DNA of 64,000 bases from Promethearchaeota archaeon. Lineage in GTDB: Archaea; Asgardarchaeota; Hermodarchaeia; Hermodarchaeales; Hermodarchaeaceae. Location: positions 1-64,000 of the forward strand of contig JBHLPH010000005.1 of the NCBI GenBank assembly GCA_048939625.1. Reading direction: 5' to 3'. The translations under genes were made by a program, and so were the position numbers. Positions 1-9,380 of the stretch are shown piece after piece. The stretch's first letter is position 1. Each line of letters starts with the position of its first letter. The notes below the pieces were generated by a model, which did not search any database, had not been told where the DNA came from, and saw only the letters and a list, made by a program, of their open reading frames with translations.

Positions 1-249
1 GATGAAGCCTTCAAGTATCTGACTGACTTCTTTGAGGATCAGAAAGAGAAAGGAGTAATTCAACGCGAAGTAAACACGAATACATTAGCCCTCGGATTGA
101 TTGCGTTACAGGATGGGTTACAGGGTTATGAGTTGTTTGGAATGGCTCGCACTGAAACTGGAGAAGCTTGGTCAGAGATTTCTAATATTCTACTCCGTGG
201 TGTGATGGCGAACGAACAGAGTGCAACCGAGTACAAAGATAATAAGTAA
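1..249 (+). CDS. 3' part of a probable TetR/AcrR-family regulator (C-terminal ligand domain), truncated by window edge
   Basis: Frame 1 is open from base 1 to TAA at 247-249: DEAFKYLTDFFEDQKEKGVIQREVNTNTLALGLIALQDGL..., resembling the 'G.I...D...LA' pattern of TetR C-terminal domains. Confidence 0.45.
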   Translation, partial: DEAFKYLTDFFEDQKEKGVIQREVNTNTLALGLIALQDGLQGYELFGMARTETGEAWSEISNILLRGVMANEQSATEYKDNK

Positions 250-302
250 CCGCTGACATTCTTTTCTAATACTTTTAGCGTTTCTGAGAAGGTGCCCCCT
301 AA

Positions 303-1757
303 ATGCAAGGTGAAATCCTGAAAAATTACATAAATGGTCGCTGGCAGGAATCCAAATCGAAGGAAACCCGCGAAGTCATCAATCCAATAAATGGTGAATT
401 ATTAGCAAAGGTGCCTATGTCGACTGCTGAAGAAACCCAAGAGGCCATCGCAGCTGCTAAAGCAGCATTTTGGAGATGGAGATCCACTCCAGCACAAACG
501 CGTATACGGTACCTGTTCCAGTTCCGTGATGCTATAGAAGAGAATTTTGAAGAGCTATCTAAAACCATCACAATTGAACATGGCAAAATCCTTGATGAGG
601 CGCGAGGGGAGTTTCGGCGAACAATTGAGAACGTAGAGGCGGCCGCAGCAATTCCACATTTACAGATGGGTTACAATTTCGAAGATATCGCGAGTGGGAT
701 TGATGAAGTGCTCATTAAACAACCGATGGGCGTCTTCTTCTGCGTGGCACCCTTTAACTTTCCCGGGATGGTGCCTAGCTGGTTCTGGCCATATGCGATT
801 GCCTGCGGGAATACCTATATTGTCAAACCCTCTGAGGTCAAACCCATCAGCCAGACAAAGCAATTTGAGCTCATTGATGAGATTGGATTTCCAAAAGGCG
901 TTTTAAACCTGGTCCATGGGGGTCCAGAGGTTGTTAATACCCTAATTGAAAGCCCAGATACGATAGGGATGTCGTTTGTGGGATCAACCAAGATTGGTCG
1001 ACTCCTATACAAGAAATGCGGGGAACATGGAAAACGCGCACAGGTTCAGGCAGGAGCCAAGAATTTTCTGACAGTGATGCCAGATGCTGATATTGAAAGA
1101 ACGGTTCCCAACCTCATGGGATCCTTTTTCGGGAACTCAGGCCAACGATGTCTTAGTGGTGCAGTATTGCTCGCAGTTGGAGAAGTTTATGAATCGCTCA
1201 AAGAAGCTGTTCTTGAAGCGACTAAACGCCTTGTTGTTGGTAATGGGCTGAATGAAGGGATTCAAATGGGTCCTGTGGCCACTGAAGCAGCATTGGAACG
1301 CGTTAAAAAATACATTGACATTGGAATCAAAGAAGGGGCGAAACTTATTCTTGATGGACGAAAAGCCAAGGTGCCCGAATATCCGCAGGGCTTTTTCATC
1401 GGACCTTCAATATTTGATCAAGTCAAACCAGATATGACAATTGCGAAAGAAGAAATCTTTGGGCCTGTGATGTCAATTATTCATGTGAAAGATCTTGATG
1501 AAGCCATCGATATTATCCACCAGAATCCTCACGGAAATGCCTCCTCAATCTTCACGTCGAGTGGCAAGTCAGCTCGAGAGTATCAATACCGAGTGCGAGC
1601 AGGTAATATTGGCATCAATATTGGTGTCGTAGCGCCAATTGCCTCATTTCCATTTTCAGGGATGAAAGATTCCTTCTTCGGTGATCTACACGGACAAGGT
1701 CGAGATGCCGTAAACTTCTTCACTGAAAATAAAGTCGTCATAATCCGATGGTTCTAA
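303..1757 (+). CDS. mmsA: CoA-acylating methylmalonate-semialdehyde dehydrogenase (ALDH family)
   Basis: PFNFP, GNTYIVKPSE, SFVGST, catalytic GQRC, EEIFGPV and the MMSDH-typical FPFSGMKDSFFGDLHGQG. Confidence 0.88.
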   Translation: MQGEILKNYINGRWQESKSKETREVINPINGELLAKVPMSTAEETQEAIAAAKAAFWRWRSTPAQTRIRYLFQFRDAIEENFEELSKTITIEHGKILDEARGEFRRTIENVEAAAAIPHLQMGYNFEDIASGIDEVLIKQPMGVFFCVAPFNFPGMVPSWFWPYAIACGNTYIVKPSEVKPISQTKQFELIDEIGFPKGVLNLVHGGPEVVNTLIESPDTIGMSFVGSTKIGRLLYKKCGEHGKRAQVQAGAKNFLTVMPDADIERTVPNLMGSFFGNSGQRCLSGAVLLAVGEVYESLKEAVLEATKRLVVGNGLNEGIQMGPVATEAALERVKKYIDIGIKEGAKLILDGRKAKVPEYPQGFFIGPSIFDQVKPDMTIAKEEIFGPVMSIIHVKDLDEAIDIIHQNPHGNASSIFTSSGKSAREYQYRVRAGNIGINIGVVAPIASFPFSGMKDSFFGDLHGQGRDAVNFFTENKVVIIRWF

Positions 1758-1781
1758 CCAAGAAGAATACGAGGGAGCCTT

Positions 1782-2219
1782 ATGGAATTGGGGACAACCA
1801 GTGCGATTCTCACCTTTGCCATTGAATTAACAGAAAAATCCAAAACCTATTATCATCAGGCTCAGGAAGCGACTGTGGAATCAAAATTCCATGAAGTCCT
1901 CCAATCGATGTTAAAGCGGCAATCAAAACTAGTTAAACGTCTTCAACGCTTTCGACGCGAATTGGTCACTGAAATGATTCTTGAACCAATTCATGGATTC
2001 ATTCGCGAAGACTTTAATATCGAGCTCCAACTCGCGTCCGAACAATCGATTAGTGTAATTGTGTCAACGCTATTAGATAACGAACAGAATATGAGAAACT
2101 ATCTTCGAATGGCCTCAGAGAAACTGGCATTTCTTCCCGAATTGAGCAACCAATTTCTGCTACTCACTGAAGATGTAGAAACCAATATCCAAGCCCTGAG
2201 AAGGTTCGCACAAACTTAG
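1782..2219 (+). CDS. Ferritin/rubrerythrin-like four-helix protein
   Basis: All-helical; FAIELxEKS..YY and RRExVTEMILEPIHG pattern; GGAG RBS upstream. Confidence 0.5.
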   Translation: MELGTTSAILTFAIELTEKSKTYYHQAQEATVESKFHEVLQSMLKRQSKLVKRLQRFRRELVTEMILEPIHGFIREDFNIELQLASEQSISVIVSTLLDNEQNMRNYLRMASEKLAFLPELSNQFLLLTEDVETNIQALRRFAQT

Positions 2220-2234
2220 GAAAGAAAGAAGGAG

Positions 2235-2255
2235 AAGCGCGGGAAGACCGCGCTT
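2235..2255. terminator. Hairpin between convergent genes
   Basis: AAGCGCGG-gaaga-CCGCGCTT; pyrimidine/T-rich tract follows on the minus strand. Confidence 0.6.
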
Positions 2256-2263
2256 TGAAGTAA

Positions 2264-4426
2264 TTAGTGAATTCGTCGATTTTGTCGTCGAACGAAAAGA
2301 ATAACACCCATACAGAGAAGGAGTCCCAAAGCAACTGCAGCGATGGGGAAGCCAGGTATGAATGTTGGTGCTGGCAGAATGTATATGATGATGTGATGCG
2401 TGTCAGAGTTGCCTGAAGGGTCGAATGCTGTGATGGATAGTATGTATGCCCCCGATTGGAGATGAATCAAATTGGTAATGCTAATACTCGTGGAGGATTC
2501 GACGGTGAAGCTGAAGTTAGTTACATCAGAAAGCTCCCAACTACCAATACCGTCAAGATCTCTGGCTTCGATTATGACCCCAGCAACCGGTACACCATAG
2601 TTAAATTCCCAATAGTCCTGATCTGTGATAATTTCAGGGTCAGTCGTGTCTTCCACTATGACTGCGAAGCTTGCGCTTTGAACGTGTCCCAAGGTGTCAT
2701 TGACTGACACTTGGATTCCGTAGACCTTTACTGCGAGAGCAATAGTGTTCGTGATAAGACCCGAGGTATCGATGGCAAAAGTAGTGGTATCGTTGATCCA
2801 CCAGGTGTCAAGTCCGGAGCGATCCGTGGCGTCTAAATTATAGCTCAGATCCTGTCCCAATTCAAGGGTTTGGTCTGTTGGTGTTTGCACCCATGCAGGT
2901 GGTGCTGCCGCTTCGATAGTGATTGTGATATTGGCGTTGATGCGATTATCGAGTGTGTCATTCGCCCATATTTGCAGCCGATAGATGTTCACAGCTAAGG
3001 GTGTGCTATTGGTGATTAAGCCTGTTCCGTCGATCGCGAAAGTCGATGTGTCATTCAACCAGTATTCATCGATGCCAGTGAAAGCCGAAGCTGTTGTATC
3101 GTAGCTAAAAGCCGGTCCGAACTCTTGAATTCGGTTACTTGGTTCAGTAACCCACCAAATATCGGGATCCGGCAGACGAAGCAACCAGAAATCCTCAAGA
3201 CCACCGCCATAACTTGCGGTTTCACCTGCAACAATAAACCCGCCACCAGATACTTCAAGAATTATTAAACCAAAATCGGGTTGTGAACCACCGTAGGTAT
3301 GATGCCAATAGAGATTGCCTGAAGCATCGGTGCGTACGACCCAAAGATCTCGCTCACCACTGCCAAAGCTAGTAGACCATCCGGCTAAGGCAAATTCGCC
3401 ATTAGTCAGCTCAGCGATACCAGCAAGAACATCGTTATATGCGTAACTGAAGGTCTGGTTCCACAGGTGACTACCAAGTGCGTCAGTTCGCACAAACCAG
3501 GCATCACCATATGGCTCGAAACTGCGCGTAATTGATGTAAAGGCATAGCCTCCACCGCTGATCTCGATCAAACAGGCAGAAACTTCATTGCCAATCCAAC
3601 CGTAGGTTTGATTCCAAAGATGGTTCCCAGAAGCATCCGTATGAATTAACCAGTTATCTTGTCCTCCTGCACCAAAGCTACTGGTTGTACAAAGTAGGGT
3701 GAATCCTCCACCACTAGCTTCAACCATCCAATCTCCCCAGTCATCTTGTGGCCCACCGTAGGTTTGATTCCAGAGCTCATTTCCGGAGGCATCTGTTCGA
3801 ATCAACCACGCATCACGGTCTCCTGAGGTAAACTTAGTTGTTCCAGCAGCAATCGCGAAGCCACCAGTACTCGCTTCAACAAAAGCATAGACTATACTAT
3901 CATCACCGGATCCACCAAAAGTAGTGTTCCAGAGATGATTGCCAGCAGCATCAACGCGAACCAACCAGATATCCTCAGCACCGGCACCATAGCTTTCCGT
4001 GTATCCGATTAGAGCGAAACCACCTGTGCTCACCTCTACAAGGTTACGGGCGACGTCCCAACCCGTTCCTCCGTAGGTTTGGTTCCAGAGCTCATTTCCA
4101 TTAGCATCTGTGCGGATCAACCAGAAATCTCTAGCATTAATCGCGCCTGTATCCTTGGTTCCAAGTATCGCGTAGCCGCCAGCACCGACGTCAATTATTA
4201 GGGGACTTTCTTCCCGACCTGCTCCACCGAAGGTTTTGGTCCAGAGGGGATCGAGGGCGCCAGGAAGTGGGAGTGAGTTGATAGACGGGTTGTGAATTGG
4301 TGTTGTTTCTGATTTCGCTGAGAGTTCATTCGGGGGTATTTGCGAGTAAGTAATAAATTGACTCGCAAAAAGAACGATGAAAAGCATTAGAAGAGAGAGT
4401 CGATTTTTTTTCATTTTAGAGTCCAT
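2264..4426 (-). CDS. Cell-surface protein: signal peptide, beta-propeller-type repeats, Ig/cadherin-like stalk, IPGF C-terminal sorting signal
   Basis: Repeated D.WLIRTDA.GN.LWNQTYGG units; WWINDT..FAID stalk repeats; ends IPGFP-TM-RRQNRR. Confidence 0.8.
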   Translation of the reverse strand: MDSKMKKNRLSLLMLFIVLFASQFITYSQIPPNELSAKSETTPIHNPSINSLPLPGALDPLWTKTFGGAGREESPLIIDVGAGGYAILGTKDTGAINARDFWLIRTDANGNELWNQTYGGTGWDVARNLVEVSTGGFALIGYTESYGAGAEDIWLVRVDAAGNHLWNTTFGGSGDDSIVYAFVEASTGGFAIAAGTTKFTSGDRDAWLIRTDASGNELWNQTYGGPQDDWGDWMVEASGGGFTLLCTTSSFGAGGQDNWLIHTDASGNHLWNQTYGWIGNEVSACLIEISGGGYAFTSITRSFEPYGDAWFVRTDALGSHLWNQTFSYAYNDVLAGIAELTNGEFALAGWSTSFGSGERDLWVVRTDASGNLYWHHTYGGSQPDFGLIILEVSGGGFIVAGETASYGGGLEDFWLLRLPDPDIWWVTEPSNRIQEFGPAFSYDTTASAFTGIDEYWLNDTSTFAIDGTGLITNSTPLAVNIYRLQIWANDTLDNRINANITITIEAAAPPAWVQTPTDQTLELGQDLSYNLDATDRSGLDTWWINDTTTFAIDTSGLITNTIALAVKVYGIQVSVNDTLGHVQSASFAVIVEDTTDPEIITDQDYWEFNYGVPVAGVIIEARDLDGIGSWELSDVTNFSFTVESSTSISITNLIHLQSGAYILSITAFDPSGNSDTHHIIIYILPAPTFIPGFPIAAVALGLLLCMGVILFVRRQNRRIH

Positions 4427-4544
4427 CCCTTAAGCTCCCGAGGGAGTATGGTCCCTTATACATGATGTATATTATATATTCATAGGATTGAAAGAAACGC
4501 TACTAAAAGCCCATTAAAACGGGGTTTTTACAGCATCAGTATAC

Positions 4545-5327
4545 ATGTCTTCAAAACCTGTCTTAACAAATAAAAGTACACACATCAGATATTTTGTAAT
4601 GGTCGGTGGGTTGGGTTTGAAAGAAGAAGCGTTTCGGAAGTTTTTGAAACAGGGCGGACGAAAACCTCACACTGTTGATAATATCGTCAAAATCGTTCGG
4701 AGCTATGAGGCCTACCTTCAGAAATTTGCGGATGGCAAAGGTATTGAGGATGCTAGCCCCGAAGATGTTCAAGCGTACGTCGAATGGTTTGAAAGTGAAG
4801 AGGAAACCTCGGCCAAAGGCCAACTGTGGGGAATTCGATATTATTATCGGTTTATTGGTAATCGCTTACTAGCCCGACGAGTAGCGGAGTTGCGTGAGGA
4901 ACGCACGGCTAAAACGCGGAAATCCTTTTTATTACGGGATTTTCGAGGGGTGGATTCTAAAGCTGTTGCACGACTTGAAGCGGTTGGGGTTCGTGATGTG
5001 AAACAAATGCGAGAGCATGGAGCGACACCGGTGAAACGTGCAGCACTCGCGAAAGAAACCGGTGTATCAGAAGGAACGATTTTAGAATTTGTTAAACTGT
5101 CGGATTTGGCAAGATTACCTGGCGTGAAAGCAATTCGCGCACGGTTATACTATGATGCGGGTATTGATACACTAGAGAAGATGGCAAAATGGGATCCTGA
5201 AGCGATGCGATTAATGTTGATTGAGTTTGTTGAAAAAACTGGATTCGAGGGGATTGCTCCACTCCCGAAAGAGGCCGCAACTTCTGTGAAAGTGGCAAGA
5301 GAGCTTCCTCAGCTCATTGAGTTTTAA
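4545..5327 (+). CDS. DUF4332 helix-hairpin-helix protein with an integrase-SAM-like N-terminal domain (real start probably TTG near 4617)
   Basis: FRGVD..VARLEAVGV and SDLARLPGVKAIRARLYYDAGIDT HhH motifs; N-terminal F..FL...GRKPHTV...I..YYRF. Confidence 0.65.
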   Translation: MSSKPVLTNKSTHIRYFVMVGGLGLKEEAFRKFLKQGGRKPHTVDNIVKIVRSYEAYLQKFADGKGIEDASPEDVQAYVEWFESEEETSAKGQLWGIRYYYRFIGNRLLARRVAELREERTAKTRKSFLLRDFRGVDSKAVARLEAVGVRDVKQMREHGATPVKRAALAKETGVSEGTILEFVKLSDLARLPGVKAIRARLYYDAGIDTLEKMAKWDPEAMRLMLIEFVEKTGFEGIAPLPKEAATSVKVARELPQLIEF

Positions 5328-6472
5328 GTCACCGCATCAAGGGTTTTTCTCTTCCGACGATACAAGACCATGGCAGTAATTGTAATTACGATTGCGAGGA
5401 TTGCTATAGTGAAAAGCAGTAGATGGATGGGTTGTATCGGATTGTTGCTTCCAAGGAGATCTGTTATTGCTACCTTTCGGTAATGAATATCCCCATTAAC
5501 AGTGAACGCACCGAACAGTGGGTCATTTTCCTGAAATCCAGCCACACCAGATTGGACTGCTGCTAATTCGGTATCCAAGTTGAATGCGGTGATGTGAGAG
5601 TAGTCCCGATTATACCACAAGTAGACATCACGCGTCACACAATCAAACACATTGCTATACTTTGTTGCATAGGTTCCATCCTGGTGCACCGCGTTCAGCA
5701 CATCACGACAAGCTTCAACAGTGAGAGCACTTTCCGAAGAAATCCCTGTCAACATAGCCATTGCCGTGCTGTAACGCCAGCAATCATAGACATCACGCGA
5801 TGGATCTGCAACATTGATGTTGGTTGAGACTAGACAGGAATTGGATCCGATTCGCGTAAAGGCAATTTCATGATCAGAACCCGCACTTACGACAAGGGCA
5901 TCGCCAGTCGCATCAGCATAATGAAGTTGATAATTCATTGAGCTACCAATTGTATGGGTGAGAAACCAAGCTTCTACTTCATCGACTGTAGCACATTCCC
6001 ACAAGACCTGAGCTAACAAGGCACAAGAAGGTGGCTCTCGCTCAGAATGGGCGTTAATAGTATAAGGTCCTAACCCGTTGCCATCCATACACAATCCTTG
6101 ATCATTCATCCCACCTTGTGGATAGCCATCTGCAACATCACCATTCTCATCAAATCCAAAGAAGATAGCCCCATATACTGATTCATCGCCTGTATAGAGT
6201 CTAATAGTCTGAGCAGGAACAAACCAAGCGAAAATGCCCCACAGCCGATAATCCTCATTGTTCCCAAACAACACACGATTGCCAATTGTGGCAGTAAATA
6301 TCGTACATGACTCACCAATGGGAATATCCAACGCCAGTAATGGCGGGTTGTCAGAGGTTATTGAAGAGATCCCTACACCGGAGAGTAGTAAACACAAAAC
6401 AACAAGAGAAACCCCGGTTAGCCGAAGAGCTGAATAAAAGGAAGTAAATCGGATCACACTAATCCACTTCAC
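5324..6472 (-). CDS. Secreted, membrane-anchored Ntn-hydrolase (peptidase C45/choloylglycine-hydrolase-like)
   Basis: Signal peptide, then SCTIF (N-terminal Cys nucleophile), LFGNNED, GGMNDQGL, STN; C-terminal TM plus RRKRK. Confidence 0.75.
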   Translation of the reverse strand: MKWISVIRFTSFYSALRLTGVSLVVLCLLLSGVGISSITSDNPPLLALDIPIGESCTIFTATIGNRVLFGNNEDYRLWGIFAWFVPAQTIRLYTGDESVYGAIFFGFDENGDVADGYPQGGMNDQGLCMDGNGLGPYTINAHSEREPPSCALLAQVLWECATVDEVEAWFLTHTIGSSMNYQLHYADATGDALVVSAGSDHEIAFTRIGSNSCLVSTNINVADPSRDVYDCWRYSTAMAMLTGISSESALTVEACRDVLNAVHQDGTYATKYSNVFDCVTRDVYLWYNRDYSHITAFNLDTELAAVQSGVAGFQENDPLFGAFTVNGDIHYRKVAITDLLGSNNPIQPIHLLLFTIAILAIVITITAMVLYRRKRKTLDAVT

Positions 6473-6588
6473 TCAACTCCGCTTGGACCAAATTTAAAAT
6501 CCTATGGTTTCCGGAACCTCAGGTAAAAGCTATCGCATTTATATGAAGGGCTCTGATACTGGCGGCTATACACAAGGAGGAAAAGAGC

Positions 6589-7278
6589 ATGAATCTCAAA
6601 GATGAAACAGTGGCAGTTGTCGCCATCATCATTGGTGTCTTTTTGATCTTCGTAGGGATTGCAGCATATTCCCTACTCCCAGCGCCGACCAATTTCAATC
6701 TAGGATTGGGACTCGGAGTACTGGGTATTATTGTACTTATTGGTGGAATTGTGATTGCTGTAACCGCGCGTGATTCGAAAAGACCCAAGACTGTCAAGAC
6801 CCGTGTCGAAGTGAAGGAAGATGAAGTGGCTTCTGGTCCAGAGGAATTTGTTCCTGAAGTGCTGCTTCCACAACCAGGTAAGAAGCAACTCCCAGTTAGC
6901 ACAGTTGAAGGCATTGGTAAAGCCTATTCGGAACAACTCAAGAAAGGTGGAATACATTACGTGGAAGACCTCGCTCTTTCAAAACCTGAAATCGTTGTCG
7001 AATTAGCCGGAGTAAAATTCATTGTGGCTCAGAAATGGATTGCGATGGCACGACTTACCTGGCTCGATGATGTGTCCAATGAAGATGCCGAATGCATTGT
7101 GTTAGGAGCAAACATCACTAGCATCGAAGAGCTAGCTGTTGTGGATCCAGAGGATCTTTACAACAAAGTATCCACTGCAGAGAAGTTCGGTCGCGTCCAG
7201 GTTCCGAAAGGTTACAAGATTACCAAAGACAAGGTCAAAGTGTGGATTGAAAGTGCACAGAAAGAAATGCCAGAATAG
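6589..7278 (+). CDS. Two-TM membrane protein with C-terminal DUF4332/HhH domain
   Basis: Two hydrophobic helices, then VEGIGKAYSEQLKKGGI and ...KVKVWIESA. Confidence 0.65.
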   Translation: MNLKDETVAVVAIIIGVFLIFVGIAAYSLLPAPTNFNLGLGLGVLGIIVLIGGIVIAVTARDSKRPKTVKTRVEVKEDEVASGPEEFVPEVLLPQPGKKQLPVSTVEGIGKAYSEQLKKGGIHYVEDLALSKPEIVVELAGVKFIVAQKWIAMARLTWLDDVSNEDAECIVLGANITSIEELAVVDPEDLYNKVSTAEKFGRVQVPKGYKITKDKVKVWIESAQKEMPE

Positions 7279-7352
7279 GCAACCTTCTCACTTTCAAGAA
7301 AAACAAAAGCCTATCCTCCAGGGTAGAACATTTCACCTTATTAGAGTTCCAA

Positions 7353-8159
7353 TTATTTACCGGGTTTGACGGCTTTGATACTCCAACTAAGTGGAAGCAG
7401 ATCCCCGTCTAATCGCCATTCCCCGTCTTGGTGTTTCTTTGCAAAAGGTATTGGCTTCCATGGTAAATGAGGAAATTCGTAAACTTCTGAAATTACGAGC
7501 CCTGCTTGGATTATTGCATTGAGAATATCACTAACGGTATGAGTCCATTCGTAGCTTTTCGTATTTGTCAACTTCATATCCGTGTCAATATAGGTCCCTG
7601 GTTCATCATAACTGAGGGGTTCATCCGAATGCCAGTAAGAATACTTAATCTTAAGATCCGTGGGATGATCATTGTCAAAGACCCAGAAGAATGGATGCCC
7701 TTCAACAATTAGGAATGTGCCTCTAGGTTTCAGAAAGTGGGCAACCACTTCAGCCCATCCAGTGATATCAGCGAGCCAGCATAAGACACCGAAGCTAGTG
7801 AAGACGATGTCGTATTGTTTTTGATGAATCTTCGGGAGGTCATAGAGATTACTGCAGATAAACTGCGTGTCAGCACCAACACGTTTAGCAAGTTCCTGGG
7901 CAAGTTCGATGGCGGTGTCGCTGAAATCAACACCAGTTGCTGTTGCACCAAGCCGTGTCCAGCTGATGGTATCGAGTCCAAAATGGCATTGGAGATGAAG
8001 TAACGTTTTACCTGAGACATCGCCTAAGGCATCGAGTTCCACTTGATGCAAGCTGGATTTCCCCTCAAGAAATCCCTTGAGGTCATATTCCTCCGACTGG
8101 GCATGAATCGCTACTAATTCATCCCACCGCCGTTTATTCGTTTCATAATAGTCATCCAT
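7353..8159 (-). CDS. Class I SAM-dependent methyltransferase
   Basis: LLHLQCHFGLDT, GVDFS, YDIVFTSFGVLCW. Confidence 0.85.
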   Translation of the reverse strand: MDDYYETNKRRWDELVAIHAQSEEYDLKGFLEGKSSLHQVELDALGDVSGKTLLHLQCHFGLDTISWTRLGATATGVDFSDTAIELAQELAKRVGADTQFICSNLYDLPKIHQKQYDIVFTSFGVLCWLADITGWAEVVAHFLKPRGTFLIVEGHPFFWVFDNDHPTDLKIKYSYWHSDEPLSYDEPGTYIDTDMKLTNTKSYEWTHTVSDILNAIIQAGLVISEVYEFPHLPWKPIPFAKKHQDGEWRLDGDLLPLSWSIKAVKPGK

Positions 8160-8243
8160 TATTATGCAGCCTCAATAGGATAAGAGCCTAATTTCATAAT
8201 TCAGCCGGTATTAATGAGCGTAGAAGTTCCTCGACTAAATCAG

Positions 8244-8771
8244 CTAGTCCCATTTAATCCGTTCCTTCCCCAGTGTTCGAAGGAACATGGTGAGTTCACC
8301 AAGGTGATAGGTGTTGTGACGAATAAGGTATATGTATTTTTCACGAATTGAAGCAAACCAATGGAATCCATCTTGTTCCCGTAAGTCTTGGTCAGAAAAG
8401 TTTCTGAGCCTCTCTCGGATGTATTTCGCAATTTCATCCATGTAGATGAGCATATCGCCTTTCTCGACTTTTTCTGCGGCTTCTTTGTGCGATATGCTTT
8501 CCCACCAATTAATCTTCCCCAGCCGTGCTCCCCACTGCATCCCTTCATGAGTATCACGGGAATAGAACTCAGCTGTTTCAATTATATGATAAACACGAAG
8601 TGAATAAAACCACTCCTTGTCTGTTTCAACACCCTGAGCCCATTTTTTATCAGGAATTAGTTCAATAGCCTCGCGGGTCATCGTCCACATGCCCTCCAGT
8701 TGATGAGCGATTTCGTAGGCAATTGGACCCTTGAACTCATTTATAGTTAGTTTTGTCAAAGTAATTACCAA
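8244..8771 (-). CDS. DinB/DUF664-family protein
   Basis: Helical; YHIIE and C-terminal RHNTYHLGEL His motifs. Confidence 0.75.
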   Translation of the reverse strand: MVITLTKLTINEFKGPIAYEIAHQLEGMWTMTREAIELIPDKKWAQGVETDKEWFYSLRVYHIIETAEFYSRDTHEGMQWGARLGKINWWESISHKEAAEKVEKGDMLIYMDEIAKYIRERLRNFSDQDLREQDGFHWFASIREKYIYLIRHNTYHLGELTMFLRTLGKERIKWD

Positions 8772-8823
8772 GAAACTTACTGGACTTCAAACGCTTTTAA
8801 ATCTTAAAAAAAGAACATGACCG

Positions 8824-9360
8824 GTGAACCCAACGATGTCTAAAAGGCAACATCTTACTGCCATACTGATTCTCCCGTTCACCGTAAATGTGATTATTCC
8901 AGCATTACTCTTCCTATTATCAGTGTGGATCGGATGGCCGTGGTTGCTTCTTTATCCTGTGACCTGGATCACCTTCCTCGTGGGAAGTGTTCCCATTATT
9001 TTGGGACTCGTGACTCTATACAAAACCAATCGGACTTTCGCCCGTGTCGGAAAAGGCACCCTAGCTCCCTGGGCACCCACCCAGCATTTTGTTGTTGTAG
9101 GCCTATATCAATATGTACGGAATCCAATGATTTTAGGTGTGCTCTTTGTCTTGTTAGGCGAAGCCATCTTTTTGGGATCTCTATTTATTTTCTTCTGGTT
9201 TGCCTTATTCTGGGCAATGAATCATATCTGGTTTATTCGGTGGGAAGAACCAGACCTTGAACAACGCTTTGGTGACGAATATCGTACCTACAAAGCTAAT
9301 GTGCCCCGATGGATACCTAGACGCTATCCGTGGCGCCAAAATTCAACTTCAGACAAATAA
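8824..9360 (+). CDS. Isoprenylcysteine carboxyl methyltransferase / PEMT-family membrane protein
   Basis: GKGTLAPW, GLYQYVRNPM, EEPDLEQRFGDEY..YKANVPRW. Confidence 0.85.
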   Translation: MNPTMSKRQHLTAILILPFTVNVIIPALLFLLSVWIGWPWLLLYPVTWITFLVGSVPIILGLVTLYKTNRTFARVGKGTLAPWAPTQHFVVVGLYQYVRNPMILGVLFVLLGEAIFLGSLFIFFWFALFWAMNHIWFIRWEEPDLEQRFGDEYRTYKANVPRWIPRRYPWRQNSTSDK

Positions 9361-9380
9361 CTTTGCGTGGACAAAATAGA

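Noticed and set aside
4545-5327. Phage integrase or mobile element
   Set aside because: No tyrosine-recombinase catalytic R-H-x-x-R-Y domain and no att sites or phage genes nearby
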